NCBI GenBank assembly: GCA_964343335.1
Contig: CAYFJL010000001.1
Coordinates: 1-58,770, forward strand
Length of the DNA: 58,770 bases
Direction: 5' to 3'
From: an uncultured Polaribacter sp.
GTDB taxonomy: Bacteria > Bacteroidota > Bacteroidia > Flavobacteriales > Flavobacteriaceae
In this document: positions 18,628-29,075 of the stretch, in pieces
Position numbering within the stretch: the first letter of the stretch is position 1
Layout: every line of letters begins with the position of its first letter
The notes under the pieces: generated by a model
What the model saw: only the letters and a program-made list of their open reading frames with translations
Databases searched by the model: none
What the model was told of the DNA's origin: nothing
Translations under genes and position numbers: made by a program

Positions 18628-19325
18628 ACCAAACTATGCTCTAACACTTCTTTCCATTTTTTCCAATCAGGAAGCATTTTCTCTTGTAGATTATAGAATG
18701 CCGAAGTATGGTTATGCTCGATTAAATGACATAGCTCGTGCACAATAACGTATTCAATACTACCTTTCGGGGCTTTAATCAATTCAGGGTTTAAAATCAC
18801 CTTCCCCTGTGGCGTGCAGCTTCCCCAACGAGTTAGCATAATTCGGATTGATAATTCAGGAAAATCAACTTTGTACTTAGTGAATTTTGGAAATACTTTC
18901 TCCAAAGTTTCTCTAAAGTGAATGACTGCTTTTTGTCTGTACCAATCATTTAAAATCTGTTCAGTATCACTCTCAGGCTTTTGTGTAACAATCAATCTGC
19001 CTCGATAAAGCTTTACTTCATTCTTATCACCAATTTCAACTTTAAGACGGTATTGTCTTCCTAAGTACAAATGCGTTTCCCCATTAATAAACTTCCGTTG
19101 CGGTGTTAATGGGTGATAGGATAAAAATTCATTCTGCTGTTTGATGATCCATCGTGCCTTTTGCTTCACTTTGGTTTCAACTTTTTCAGAACAACTGTCC
19201 AATGGAGCTAAAACCTTTACGGTGCAATCAGGATAGACCTTTATACCTAGCGTTTTACGTTCCTGATAACTTAACTCATACTCAATGGTAGAGCTACCAT
19301 ACTGTAAACTTTGCAGCTCCATCAT
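18624..19325 (-). CDS. YgjP/DUF45 (M48/SprT-like) metal-dependent hydrolase, typical hsdR neighbour
   Basis: RWGSC and YVIVHELCHL...H motifs. Confidence 0.9.
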   Translation of the reverse strand: MMELQSLQYGSSTIEYELSYQERKTLGIKVYPDCTVKVLAPLDSCSEKVETKVKQKARWIIKQQNEFLSYHPLTPQRKFINGETHLYLGRQYRLKVEIGDKNEVKLYRGRLIVTQKPESDTEQILNDWYRQKAVIHFRETLEKVFPKFTKYKVDFPELSIRIMLTRWGSCTPQGKVILNPELIKAPKGSIEYVIVHELCHLIEHNHTSAFYNLQEKMLPDWKKWKEVLEHSLV

Positions 19326-22300
19326 TACGCAAATTTTATTTTAGCTACGCTTAATCCTTCTTCTACAAATTGGTCGATTTTATCAAAAGACAACTCTATA
19401 TCATATTTCGACTTTAAGTCGAAAACATAGTCATCTATTGCGATTTTAATTTGTCCCTCAATATCCGTTTTGTTTTGCCAATCAACTATAACCTTGTTTT
19501 TTTCATAAACAATAGACTTAATCACGTCAACAATTCCTTTCGCCATTTCAGCCCCAACATCAGTTTGGTTTCCTAGTTCAGCATCGAATATTTCTCCAAT
19601 TAAATTGTAGAAAGCAATACCGGTGTCATTTCCTCTTAATTCCTCCGGAACATTATCACGCTGCCCATTTAAAAATTGATCCTCTAATGATTTTGCCTTT
19701 TTAAGATATTCAGCTTCATCAATTCGATGTTGGTGATAATCCTCTATTGTTTCTTTAATCAACTTGGATAGTTTTTTAAAGAATACCGGATCCTCATTCA
19801 TCTTTACATTAATAGCTCGAATAGTTCGGCTAGCAATATGATCTGCCTTAGCTGCCTTGCCAGTTAATTTTTCTACTTCAGCTTCACGTTCCTCCTTATC
19901 GAAAATATTTACAAGTTCGGTTAATCTAAGAACCTCACCGTCAGTTGTTATATGCTTGTCAATTAGTTTTTGAACCTGTGGTTCATATTCCTTGTAATCA
20001 ATATCATCAGAATATCTTCTCTTAACAGAAATTCTAAGTGCTAAGAAAAATTTAGCATCCTTTTTGTATTTAATAATTTGCCTTTCAGGAGTTTTTGTGG
20101 AGAACTCATAGCTAGACAAAGCCAGTTTCAATAGACGTACAAATGCCGATACTTTTTCATAAAATGTATGTCTTGTAGCTTCATCTGCTAGTAATTCTTC
20201 ATAAGCTGGCTCATCATACTTATTCGCAAGAGATTTAAAGATTTCCCATACTTCTGAATGAGCTTGTGGAAGTTTAGCTATTTCTTCTTTGATATTGGTT
20301 ACAGAACCCTGCAAATCTGCTTCGTCATAATCGTTTTCTCCTGAATAAGTTTCTAGAGCAGTATCCAAGTTTTCTAAGTTACCATAGTAATCAATTATCA
20401 CTCCGTGTTCCTTACCTGGAGCTAAACGATTAACCCTTGCAATTGCTTGTAACAAGGTATGCTCTCTTAGAGAACGAGTTAAATACAACACATAATTGTT
20501 AGGTGCATCAAACCCTGTTAATAGCTTATCAACCACAATTATAATTTCAGGATGATCCTGCTTTTTAAAGGAATTAATGATGTGCTTTTCGTAAGCTTCT
20601 GTTTTGTTGTATTTGTCCATCATACTTTTCCAAAACTTCAACACAAGGTCTTCGCTTTCTTCAAAAGCATCTTCGTAGTTTTCCCGAACATCAGGAGCAG
20701 AAATAAGCACCTCACAACTAACCTTACCAATTTCTTTCAAGTATTCTCGATACTTTATTGCGGTAGTTTTATTTGGAGCAACCAATTGCCCTTTTGCCTT
20801 TAAACTACCAAAGGTTATTCCCTGAACATTTTGAGTATAGTGTTCTGAAATATCCCAAGCACGTGCATAAATAACTTGGTCTGCCTTGTTTAGTACGTTT
20901 TTAGAGCTGTACTTTCTCTTTAAGTTGGCTTTTCCATAATCGGTAAGTGGTTCTGAAACCTTATCAAAGAAAGCATCTAAAGGCTTTTCGTTCACTTCAA
21001 TTAAGTTGTGGCGACCTTCATAAAGCAATGGCACTACGGCTCCGTCTTCTACGGCATCCGTAATGGAATAAACATCTATAATGCCACCAAACTTACTAGC
21101 TGTACTTTTTTCCTTTTTCATCAAAGGAGTTCCAGTGAATGCAATGAAACAGGCATTAGGAAATACCTTTTGCATTTTCACATTAAAAGAGCCGTATTGA
21201 GAACGGTGTCCTTCATCAATAAGCACATATATTTCTGATGATTCAAAACCTTCTTTAGATTGATTTACCGCTGCTTCAAATTTGTGTATTAAGGTTGTAA
21301 TAACTGCATCACCCGGACTTTTAATCAGCTCAACTAAATGCTTACCTGTTTGAGCATTTTCAACAGGTACGTTACATTTTTTAAACGTCTCAGTAATCTG
21401 ATCATCCAAATCAATTCGATCAGTAACCAATAAAATTTTAGGGTTTTTAATGTCAGGATGAGAAGCAATCAATTGAGCAAGCATTGCCATTGTCAATGAT
21501 TTTCCGCTTCCTTGTGTGTGCCATATTACACCGCCTTCGTGTCTTCCTTTCGAGTCTGTTTTTACAATCTTACTCAATGTGTTTCTTACAGCGAAAAACT
21601 GTTGGTATCGAGCCACTTTTTTTATTCCATCGTCATAAAGAGTGAAATTAAAAAGGATGTCCAGTAGTCTTGATGGATGACAAAAACTAAAAAGCAATTT
21701 ATCTTGAACCGTAATGGCTTGTTCGTTGGCTTCCAACTTTTCAAAATAATTCCACACATATTTAAAGCGTTCTTTAAATAATGCGGTACGTTCATTATCC
21801 TCTAAAGCCTTATGTTTTACTTCCGAAATTTCATCTTCCCATTCAATCAGATTCTCCTTTCTTTTAAATACTTCTTTCCAAACACTCCAAAATTCTTTTG
21901 GTGTTCCAGTAGTTCCATACCTTGCTCCATTAGTCGCTAAAGCCAACGTAAGATTTGAATAGTAATACAAGGCACGAACACCGTCTTCTTGTTGATTGCG
22001 AAGGTGTTGTTCAATGGCTTTATCAACTGGATCCTTAATTTTAGGGCTCTTACATTCAATTATAACCATTGGGATACCATTTACAAAAAGGATGATGTCC
22101 GGTCTATAATGGTCGTTTCGTTCATGCCTTAAAACACTGAATTCTTCGGTTACGTGATAAACATTGTTTTCAGGATTCGCCCAATCGACATACTTAAATG
22201 AAAAACTCTTTTTATCTCCTAAAACAGTTTGCTCAAAGCTTTTTCCTAATGTGATCAGCTCATAATAAAATTTATTGGCAGCTAAAAAACCATCCTGTAC

Positions 22301-22555
22301 TGGAAGATCTCTTAATGCCAGTATAGCATTATTGATATTTGATTCTGAAAAAGTAAATTCCTTTTGTCGATACTCTATTTTATTAATTTTTTGCAATTGC
22401 TCTTTTAAAACTCCTTCCAATAAGACATTAGAAGTACGATTGGTTCGAGCCTCCAGAGCTTGTTCAGGTGTTAAATATTTCCACCCTAAATTCATCAGCA
22501 GTTTAAGTGCCGGAATTTGTGAGATATGATCTTCTATAAACGATGGTGTATCCAT
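19325..22555 (-). CDS. hsdR: Type I restriction endonuclease subunit R
   Basis: PD...IECK nuclease, HTQGSGKS, DEGHR, FTGTP, LTGFDAP and QAIARVNR motifs. Confidence 0.97.
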   Translation of the reverse strand: MDTPSFIEDHISQIPALKLLMNLGWKYLTPEQALEARTNRTSNVLLEGVLKEQLQKINKIEYRQKEFTFSESNINNAILALRDLPVQDGFLAANKFYYELITLGKSFEQTVLGDKKSFSFKYVDWANPENNVYHVTEEFSVLRHERNDHYRPDIILFVNGIPMVIIECKSPKIKDPVDKAIEQHLRNQQEDGVRALYYYSNLTLALATNGARYGTTGTPKEFWSVWKEVFKRKENLIEWEDEISEVKHKALEDNERTALFKERFKYVWNYFEKLEANEQAITVQDKLLFSFCHPSRLLDILFNFTLYDDGIKKVARYQQFFAVRNTLSKIVKTDSKGRHEGGVIWHTQGSGKSLTMAMLAQLIASHPDIKNPKILLVTDRIDLDDQITETFKKCNVPVENAQTGKHLVELIKSPGDAVITTLIHKFEAAVNQSKEGFESSEIYVLIDEGHRSQYGSFNVKMQKVFPNACFIAFTGTPLMKKEKSTASKFGGIIDVYSITDAVEDGAVVPLLYEGRHNLIEVNEKPLDAFFDKVSEPLTDYGKANLKRKYSSKNVLNKADQVIYARAWDISEHYTQNVQGITFGSLKAKGQLVAPNKTTAIKYREYLKEIGKVSCEVLISAPDVRENYEDAFEESEDLVLKFWKSMMDKYNKTEAYEKHIINSFKKQDHPEIIIVVDKLLTGFDAPNNYVLYLTRSLREHTLLQAIARVNRLAPGKEHGVIIDYYGNLENLDTALETYSGENDYDEADLQGSVTNIKEEIAKLPQAHSEVWEIFKSLANKYDEPAYEELLADEATRHTFYEKVSAFVRLLKLALSSYEFSTKTPERQIIKYKKDAKFFLALRISVKRRYSDDIDYKEYEPQVQKLIDKHITTDGEVLRLTELVNIFDKEEREAEVEKLTGKAAKADHIASRTIRAINVKMNEDPVFFKKLSKLIKETIEDYHQHRIDEAEYLKKAKSLEDQFLNGQRDNVPEELRGNDTGIAFYNLIGEIFDAELGNQTDVGAEMAKGIVDVIKSIVYEKNKVIVDWQNKTDIEGQIKIAIDDYVFDLKSKYDIELSFDKIDQFVEEGLSVAKIKFA

Positions 22556-22557
22556 AA

Positions 22558-23421
22558 TTACTTTGTATTTCGATAGCCAAAGGCTCTTAATATCAATTCT
22601 TTAAACTTGGTTTTCATCTTAGGAATAAAATTCCCCGATAAACCAATTATTGCCCCCAATCCTATGATAAGGTTCAGGTCGTTTACAACCAGTTTTTTAT
22701 CCTCCGGAAGCAGTTGAAGTATTTTATACGCTCCAACAAGAATCCCTAAAATAAAAAGGTTGTAGGTAATTATTGAGAACACATTAATTCGCTTCTTAAA
22801 ACGAGATTCAAATTCTAATAAGCGAGACACTTCATCAGTATTTCTTGGCAGCTTAAACTGGATAATAATATCAAATGCTCGGTAATACACGATGCGTATA
22901 AAATCGTTGTTGAATGCTTCTTTTGTATCACTCATTACGTTGTACGCCTCATTCAACTGGTCATTAGTTATTTTAGATTTATCGAGTAAAAACAGGAATG
23001 CCAAGACCAAGGACTGATTATTGGCTTTGCTTTGGTAATTCCCTGTCAATAAATTTTCAAACGTGGTGGTGGTTTTACTCTTTGCTCTGTTTCGGATAAC
23101 ACCTAAAAGCCAATCTTTATCACAATCAAACTTCAATACCCCAATTACCAATGTAAAAATCAGGAAGTCGTCATGCACAAATGGAGCGGTAGAGTTTTCA
23201 GAAATTTTACGTTTTGAAATTTTGGCGTACTGGGCATTAAAATTCTCCTCAGAATTCTTTTTTATATCTTCAATAGAAGAGTAGTAGATGGCATCCGTTT
23301 CAGAAACCTCACTTGGCTTAGCCTCCACGTTTTCATCAGATACTAAAGCATAAAGAGCCTTTTGTTTTGGCTGGTCTGCCAAGCTGCTTAAATAGCTATG
23401 TTTCTCCTCTATAAAAACCAT
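22558..23421 (-). CDS. Argonaute-associated protein with two C-terminal TM helices (putative membrane effector)
   Basis: Overlaps the pAgo stop codon, two hydrophobic helices at the C-terminus. Confidence 0.7.
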   Translation of the reverse strand: MVFIEEKHSYLSSLADQPKQKALYALVSDENVEAKPSEVSETDAIYYSSIEDIKKNSEENFNAQYAKISKRKISENSTAPFVHDDFLIFTLVIGVLKFDCDKDWLLGVIRNRAKSKTTTTFENLLTGNYQSKANNQSLVLAFLFLLDKSKITNDQLNEAYNVMSDTKEAFNNDFIRIVYYRAFDIIIQFKLPRNTDEVSRLLEFESRFKKRINVFSIITYNLFILGILVGAYKILQLLPEDKKLVVNDLNLIIGLGAIIGLSGNFIPKMKTKFKELILRAFGYRNTK

Positions 23422-25700
23422 TTTTTTCTCTTTAAGGTATAGTTCAGTTTATCGGCATCCCATTCCGGTATGTGCCTCATTTTTCCAAGTAGTCTGGAAA
23501 TAAGATTAGAATACAACATAGTAGCAGGCTCTTCTCTCGGTAAAAAACCTCTCCAGGATAAATAGGTGAAAGAGTATATCTGCTGCGTGATGTAGGTTAA
23601 ATCATAAAACATTAAGTCTTTCAATTCCGGATCGTCATGATTTCCTTGCGGCGTTCTAAGTTTTATTTGAATGGGAGTACTCATGCCGTGCTTGGCTGTT
23701 TTTAGTTCTCTTGCACCAAGCATCTGAACCAAACTGGTTTCATCATCAATAAAAATATTGCTTCCCCTTTGTGGGATATATTTTCCTATTACTTGATTGG
23801 AGCCATACTTTGATTCTCCTAGCTGTTTTGTGTCGAACAAAATACTTGGATGGCTTTTGCTTATTGTAACAAAAGCAAATTTGATATTGAATTGGCTAAT
23901 ATCCTTTACCAACTGACTGATAACATCAAATTCAACATTTTTAATGGGTTTGAAAATGTGAAAAATCAAACGAACAGTATCACCGTTTTGCCAAGCGTAT
24001 TCGTCTGAAAGACGGCTAATGGAGCTTTTTAAGCTTTTGAGCAATTCTTCAAAATAACTTTCATACGGTACATCTTTCACCTTATCACCTAACAGGTATT
24101 GCCCATCGCTAGACATAAAGGTTGTGATTCCAACTACTCGACTACTTTCAGCTCCTTTAAACGAATTGCTTCTTAACCAACTGTGTCCAATACCAATTAC
24201 TATTTCTCTGTCCACCGACTTTTGAGCAGGGAGTACCCATGGCGTTCCACCAAGCTTCGCATAGATTTGAAGAGCCAATGGATTCAAAATATATTCGGAA
24301 TAACTAGAAATGGTGGTAGAGCGTACAAACTGTACCGGTATTTCAAGCGAAAGTAACTTTGCTTTTATTTTATAGTAGGGATTGTCCCGGTCTGATAAAG
24401 TTTTGAATCTATCTGGTATCTCTATGATTGCCAAATGAGGTTTTTCATCATCATAATTGCTAATCACACCCAAGTAATCTTCCAGTCGATAATCTGAAAT
24501 TTCCTGAATAAGGTAATTCACTTCTTGTAACTCGTACTTTTTTAAAAGCCCCTTTTGAAAATATCTTGAATCCGGTAAACCGTCTTTTAAATGCGATAGG
24601 AACTTTGTGAAGTCGCCTCGTTTGGATCTGTGACAAATACTTAATATTCGTGGACTTTTTATATCAAAACTTATGCTGTCGTACGGACCATAATTAGATA
24701 AGCCCATATCGGCATTGATGTTGTTTTTCTTTGTGCCGGCATGATCATAAATAAACGTAGGCGTTTGCAAGTTCATGCTGTTTTGCACCTGCATAGGTGT
24801 AGTATCCACCTTGAAGCAAAAACCATCCTTGTTTTGAAATAAAATAGGGTTGCCACTATCTGAAAAGAGGTGTTTTGCAATTGTGCTAATTTCGGTAAAT
24901 TGATTGACAGGATCTTGCTTTTTAATACGCTCCTTATTCACCGCAGCAAGTATTTCATCGCACTTCTGAATGCTAGTTGCGAAATTTAAATAAGCTTGAA
25001 TATTGCCTTTCGTTTTGCGAATGAGTAATTCATTTAGTGGGTAACTTTTTTCTCCGTCATTGGTTATTACAATTGCTTTATCATTACTGATTGACTGTAT
25101 AGTACCTACAAAGTCTTCATTCGGAGCCAGTACATTGTCCAATCCCGGAAGAGTTTCAGCATGTAATACCTCAAAATCGGTTAAATCAAACCCTTCTTGA
25201 TTCAGCTCCAGGCACGAGATGTTAAACACCCAGTTTCTTCGGATATTAACTACAAAAGCAAACCCCTTTGTATTGTTGATATTCGTTTCTCGAAGCTGAA
25301 CTTCAATGAGTTTTTTAAAGGCTATTTTATTTTTAAGCTTATCAGGTAGAAAGCTCAAAATTAAATCATCTTTTTCCTGACGAGAGTAAAAGCGAAAAGG
25401 ATAAAAATCTACTGGTATAAAGCCTTGAAAGCGGTCTTTAAAGGTTCTGAAAAAGATGTGCTTCACCATTGATGCTGTAACTTTCGTGTCCTCAAACACC
25501 GAACGTTTTTCTACATTTCCAGTTAGTTGGTTTTCTTCGTCTTCCTTGTTGGATATTACAATTAAATTACCGTCCCTAAAAAACGAATACGAAGCATTAT
25601 GCGCTTGCCGCAATTCCTGCAAACGTTCATCAGAATAGGATTCTGTGATAACTTGATAATCTGTAAAATCAAATTGTATGGGAAAGTAATTTAACTGCAT
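23409..25700 (-). CDS. Long prokaryotic Argonaute, catalytically inactive (long-B type)
   Basis: 763 aa. MID pocket YYKIK...VQ...YAKLGG. PIWI domain has GIGHS, FHIFK and YSN where catalytic Asp residues are expected. Confidence 0.92.
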   Translation of the reverse strand: MQLNYFPIQFDFTDYQVITESYSDERLQELRQAHNASYSFFRDGNLIVISNKEDEENQLTGNVEKRSVFEDTKVTASMVKHIFFRTFKDRFQGFIPVDFYPFRFYSRQEKDDLILSFLPDKLKNKIAFKKLIEVQLRETNINNTKGFAFVVNIRRNWVFNISCLELNQEGFDLTDFEVLHAETLPGLDNVLAPNEDFVGTIQSISNDKAIVITNDGEKSYPLNELLIRKTKGNIQAYLNFATSIQKCDEILAAVNKERIKKQDPVNQFTEISTIAKHLFSDSGNPILFQNKDGFCFKVDTTPMQVQNSMNLQTPTFIYDHAGTKKNNINADMGLSNYGPYDSISFDIKSPRILSICHRSKRGDFTKFLSHLKDGLPDSRYFQKGLLKKYELQEVNYLIQEISDYRLEDYLGVISNYDDEKPHLAIIEIPDRFKTLSDRDNPYYKIKAKLLSLEIPVQFVRSTTISSYSEYILNPLALQIYAKLGGTPWVLPAQKSVDREIVIGIGHSWLRSNSFKGAESSRVVGITTFMSSDGQYLLGDKVKDVPYESYFEELLKSLKSSISRLSDEYAWQNGDTVRLIFHIFKPIKNVEFDVISQLVKDISQFNIKFAFVTISKSHPSILFDTKQLGESKYGSNQVIGKYIPQRGSNIFIDDETSLVQMLGARELKTAKHGMSTPIQIKLRTPQGNHDDPELKDLMFYDLTYITQQIYSFTYLSWRGFLPREEPATMLYSNLISRLLGKMRHIPEWDADKLNYTLKRKKWFL

Positions 25701-25705
25701 AGCTA

Positions 25706-25939
25706 TTAACCTTTTGGTGGATATGGATCGTTTCCGTGACTATCTTTTCTCTGAATGGTTCCATCTTTTTTATGAATAACCAACTCAGAACTTTCCTTGC
25801 GACTAAGATCTCTCGACCATTGTTCAGCCTCTTTTTTAGTTTCAAAGTTTTTAGAAGCTCTATCGGCTCCGCCTTTTTTAGAGCTCCAACCACCTTCTTG
25901 GTTAGGAACTACATGTCTTGTGTTATTTTTCTTTGCCAT
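25706..25939 (-). CDS. DUF2188-like small protein
   Basis: HVVP..GGW...A...F.TK.EA...ELVIH..DG.IQ..DSHGNDP pattern. Confidence 0.85.
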   Translation of the reverse strand: MAKKNNTRHVVPNQEGGWSSKKGGADRASKNFETKKEAEQWSRDLSRKESSELVIHKKDGTIQRKDSHGNDPYPPKG

Positions 25940-25960
25940 GGTATGGTTATTTATCCTTGA

Positions 25961-26518
25961 TTAGTTCTTCTTTCTTAGGTTTTCAGGTAAAAACTTATCA
26001 ATTTCATCATCAGAAAATGTAAACTCCTCATTTTCTTTCAAGGCTTTGGAAGCAATTTGATAAGCTTTGTTTATTGTTTTAGGAGCTCCTCTGTAAGTAT
26101 TTACAAGCTCCTCGTTAAGTTCATCTCGCCTCTGTTGCAATGATTCGATTTCATTATTGCCAATTCTAATGTCAATGAGTAATGAGAGCAGAGCTTCTCG
26201 TACTGCAAGAATGTCTAATGCAGCTTGTTTGTGTTTTTCAGCAATGGCTAACAAATTGAAATCTTTGGAATAAAGAGTTAATCCCAATAGAATAGTTGAG
26301 CTAAATGCTGCGATTAATTGGAATAATTTTCCATCTCCAAACAAAACAACTAATACACTTGTGGTAGTCGCAGCAGACAGGGCGATTTCGGCAAATTTTA
26401 TCCAATCATGCCTTGTCTTTAAGACATCAGCACATTTCTCATGGGTTTTGTGGGTATAAATTACTCTGCCGTATATTTCTCTAATTTGAGATTCTAATAT
26501 TATCTTACTTTCTGTCAT
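25961..26518 (-). CDS. SLATT-domain two-TM effector
   Basis: YTHKTHEK motif, two TM helices, directly downstream of a SMODS enzyme. Confidence 0.85.
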   Translation of the reverse strand: MTESKIILESQIREIYGRVIYTHKTHEKCADVLKTRHDWIKFAEIALSAATTTSVLVVLFGDGKLFQLIAAFSSTILLGLTLYSKDFNLLAIAEKHKQAALDILAVREALLSLLIDIRIGNNEIESLQQRRDELNEELVNTYRGAPKTINKAYQIASKALKENEEFTFSDDEIDKFLPENLRKKN

Positions 26519-26529
26519 AACTTTATTGA

Positions 26530-27831
26530 TTATTCTGAAATTGGTACATCAATGGTGTCTTTTGCAACAACCATATTGTCTTTGATCACATAACATTCGA
26601 CAAAATGGCTGCCCTTAAAGTTGGTCGTTTCCTGTTTTTCTAAAGATCCTGTATCGTCAACTATTTGTCCTCTTATGCAATCCCTCTTAATTGCTTGTTC
26701 ACCACGGTTTGTCACCTTCCACTTTACCTGATAGGGATACGGAATATCAATTTTGTCAATGTAAAATCGCAATGATTTATTAGGCAACAATCTTATTTTG
26801 TTGACTAGAAAATCACGCAATAATCCATTTCTGAAACCATTTTGCTTGATTTCACAATCAATTTTCAAATCATACAGTATGTGAATAGGGTATAGTGATT
26901 CAATGTATTCTTCAGTTTTTCTGTAATTTTCATTAATAAGCTTAGCTTCCGTTTCTTCTTTTTCATATTTAGGAAAGTCAGTTCCGAAAATATCCCTCCA
27001 TTTATTGTGTTTAGAGTTGTCAGAATTGGCTTCGATAGCTTCTAGTGAGAGGTCATAAGCTTTTTTAGATTTTCTTTTGAAGGATTTGTGGACTTTTACT
27101 CTTTGTTTACTGCCTAATGCTCCATACTCTTTTTGATCTTTGGGTTGGTCATACAGGTATTTGAAAAAATCTCTACACATTTCATCATAAGATGAAAAGC
27201 TAACCGAATCATACGTGCTTGTTGAGTTTAAAAAGTTATAAGCAAGCGTATCTATTAAAAGCCCACCCATATAAACACCATTTTTGTTTTTCCATGCTCT
27301 TGCCATTTTGCATAGTCTCCGAAGATTTTTGTTTTTCTCTTGTTCGGATTCTGTCATGGCACTCATTTCCTTTCTTGGCTTCGTTACTTTCCAAGAACCA
27401 TCATTATAAGTGTCCGGATATTTATAATCTTGATCTTCAATTTCAAAAACCGGTTGAATATCAATATGTGAGTCAGAAAAATTCACAGTAACTACACATC
27501 TATCGACTTTTATATCTGATGCAGAATATGTGCTTGATATGGCATTTTTAGTGTCTTGTAGTAATTTTGACTGTCCTCCTTTAACATTATATTCATCCCA
27601 CTTGCTGCTTGGCATTATGTAAACCATGTCTAGGTCTGATATTCCTTTTATACCTGTATATCTTCCATAGGAACCAACTTGTAAAGTGTTCGCTGCTTTA
27701 GAATCAGTATCTCTAAATTTTTCATTTAAAGCTTTGGTAATTCGTCCGTATCTATACGAAATAGTTCCAGCCTTATCTTCTGGAATCTTTATGTTAAAGA
27801 CAAATTGTTTAAATGTATCGGACGTATTCAT
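26530..27831 (-). CDS. SMODS/CD-NTase nucleotidyltransferase with C-terminal AGS-C-like domain
   Basis: GSYGR.T.IKGISDLD and DIQP motifs. C-terminal WKV.N.G..A....RGQI...G.H.VECY. Confidence 0.9.
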   Translation of the reverse strand: MNTSDTFKQFVFNIKIPEDKAGTISYRYGRITKALNEKFRDTDSKAANTLQVGSYGRYTGIKGISDLDMVYIMPSSKWDEYNVKGGQSKLLQDTKNAISSTYSASDIKVDRCVVTVNFSDSHIDIQPVFEIEDQDYKYPDTYNDGSWKVTKPRKEMSAMTESEQEKNKNLRRLCKMARAWKNKNGVYMGGLLIDTLAYNFLNSTSTYDSVSFSSYDEMCRDFFKYLYDQPKDQKEYGALGSKQRVKVHKSFKRKSKKAYDLSLEAIEANSDNSKHNKWRDIFGTDFPKYEKEETEAKLINENYRKTEEYIESLYPIHILYDLKIDCEIKQNGFRNGLLRDFLVNKIRLLPNKSLRFYIDKIDIPYPYQVKWKVTNRGEQAIKRDCIRGQIVDDTGSLEKQETTNFKGSHFVECYVIKDNMVVAKDTIDVPISE

Positions 27832-27846
27832 TGCCTTAAATTTGAT

Positions 27847-29067
27847 TTATATTTTAACCCTCACTTCACCAGTCAAAAGTTTTTGCATTAAGCCTTTCTT
27901 TTGAGTTTTTAATGTTTCGAGATAATTTTTCGTTTCTGTTATTTCCTGATCCACGATTTTAAAGAAATCTACAATGACAGCTTGTTCTTCCACAGAAGGG
28001 AATAGCACCTTATCTATGAGAACTTTTTCGTTGTTAATCTTCATGTCATTCTTAGTACCTTTTTGAACAAGTGGGCGTAAATAGCGATTAACATTATCGT
28101 CTAACTGGAAGTAGTAATCAATAAATTCAGCATTTGCAGTTGGTTTACACTTATAAATGGCATAAAGGGTTGATACAATTCCAGGTACTCCTTTGTTTGC
28201 CTTTATAATTCCGTAAGGATTTGCTTTTAGAGGACTTTTAGTATAAACAATATCTCCTGTTTCAACTACACCATAGTTAGCAACGGAGACCCCAGCAAAC
28301 GAACGACCATGAAACTCAATTTGGTTAACTATACCATACTCTCCAGAAACGCTTAGCACATCATTATTTCCATACTTTAAGTCTTCATTTTTAGCTTTTG
28401 AAACTTTTAAATATTGACTTAGTTTCTGCGACTTCCATCCAATAAATGATTCCCCAGTTGGTCTCTTTAATCGTATTTCACCTGCAAAAATTTGTTGCAT
28501 TAACCCTTTCTTCCTTGATTTTTGACTATCAAGTCTGGAACTTAGATTGTTTATTGCCTTATCCCATTCGCATAAAATTTCGGTGATTTTATCCCTCTCA
28601 TTTTTCGGTGGAAACGGAACTTTAAACTTCTTTAAATCGCTTCCATTTATCGAATTAATGGTTGCACCTAGATTTCGATAAACTTGGTTATTATACACAT
28701 CCGTATCAAAAACTTGAAATAAAAATTTATTATGAGGAGATCGGAAAACGGTCATAAACGCCCCAAAAGCCATAAATTCAGCTTCTTTTGTAATTAAAGC
28801 ATTTTTCCCAATTAAATTTTTACTGCCATTTCGAACACATATTAGTATGTCGTTTTCAATGACAGGATTGTATTCGCCTTCCCTAACATTTACAAAAACA
28901 TTATCATCAAATGTCAATGATCTGTTTTGAACATTTGATGATCTTAAAACCAAGACTCCTTCTTCATGAATATCATCAGGAGAATAAGTAAGCCCATTAA
29001 TGACTTTACCCAAGTCTCCAAGGTGTTTTAATTCCCAGTTTTCCGGTATATTTATATTAACTTTCAT
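27847..29067 (-). CDS. hsdS: Type I R-M specificity subunit
   Basis: Two TRDs, each followed by a conserved helix ending KKGLMQ. Confidence 0.95.
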   Translation of the reverse strand: MKVNINIPENWELKHLGDLGKVINGLTYSPDDIHEEGVLVLRSSNVQNRSLTFDDNVFVNVREGEYNPVIENDILICVRNGSKNLIGKNALITKEAEFMAFGAFMTVFRSPHNKFLFQVFDTDVYNNQVYRNLGATINSINGSDLKKFKVPFPPKNERDKITEILCEWDKAINNLSSRLDSQKSRKKGLMQQIFAGEIRLKRPTGESFIGWKSQKLSQYLKVSKAKNEDLKYGNNDVLSVSGEYGIVNQIEFHGRSFAGVSVANYGVVETGDIVYTKSPLKANPYGIIKANKGVPGIVSTLYAIYKCKPTANAEFIDYYFQLDDNVNRYLRPLVQKGTKNDMKINNEKVLIDKVLFPSVEEQAVIVDFFKIVDQEITETKNYLETLKTQKKGLMQKLLTGEVRVKI

Positions 29068-29075
29068 AGTGCCAA

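Noticed and set aside
23409-25700. Argonaute as an active DNA-cleaving nuclease
   Set aside because: The expected DEDX catalytic aspartates are replaced (GIGHS, FHIFK, YSN).
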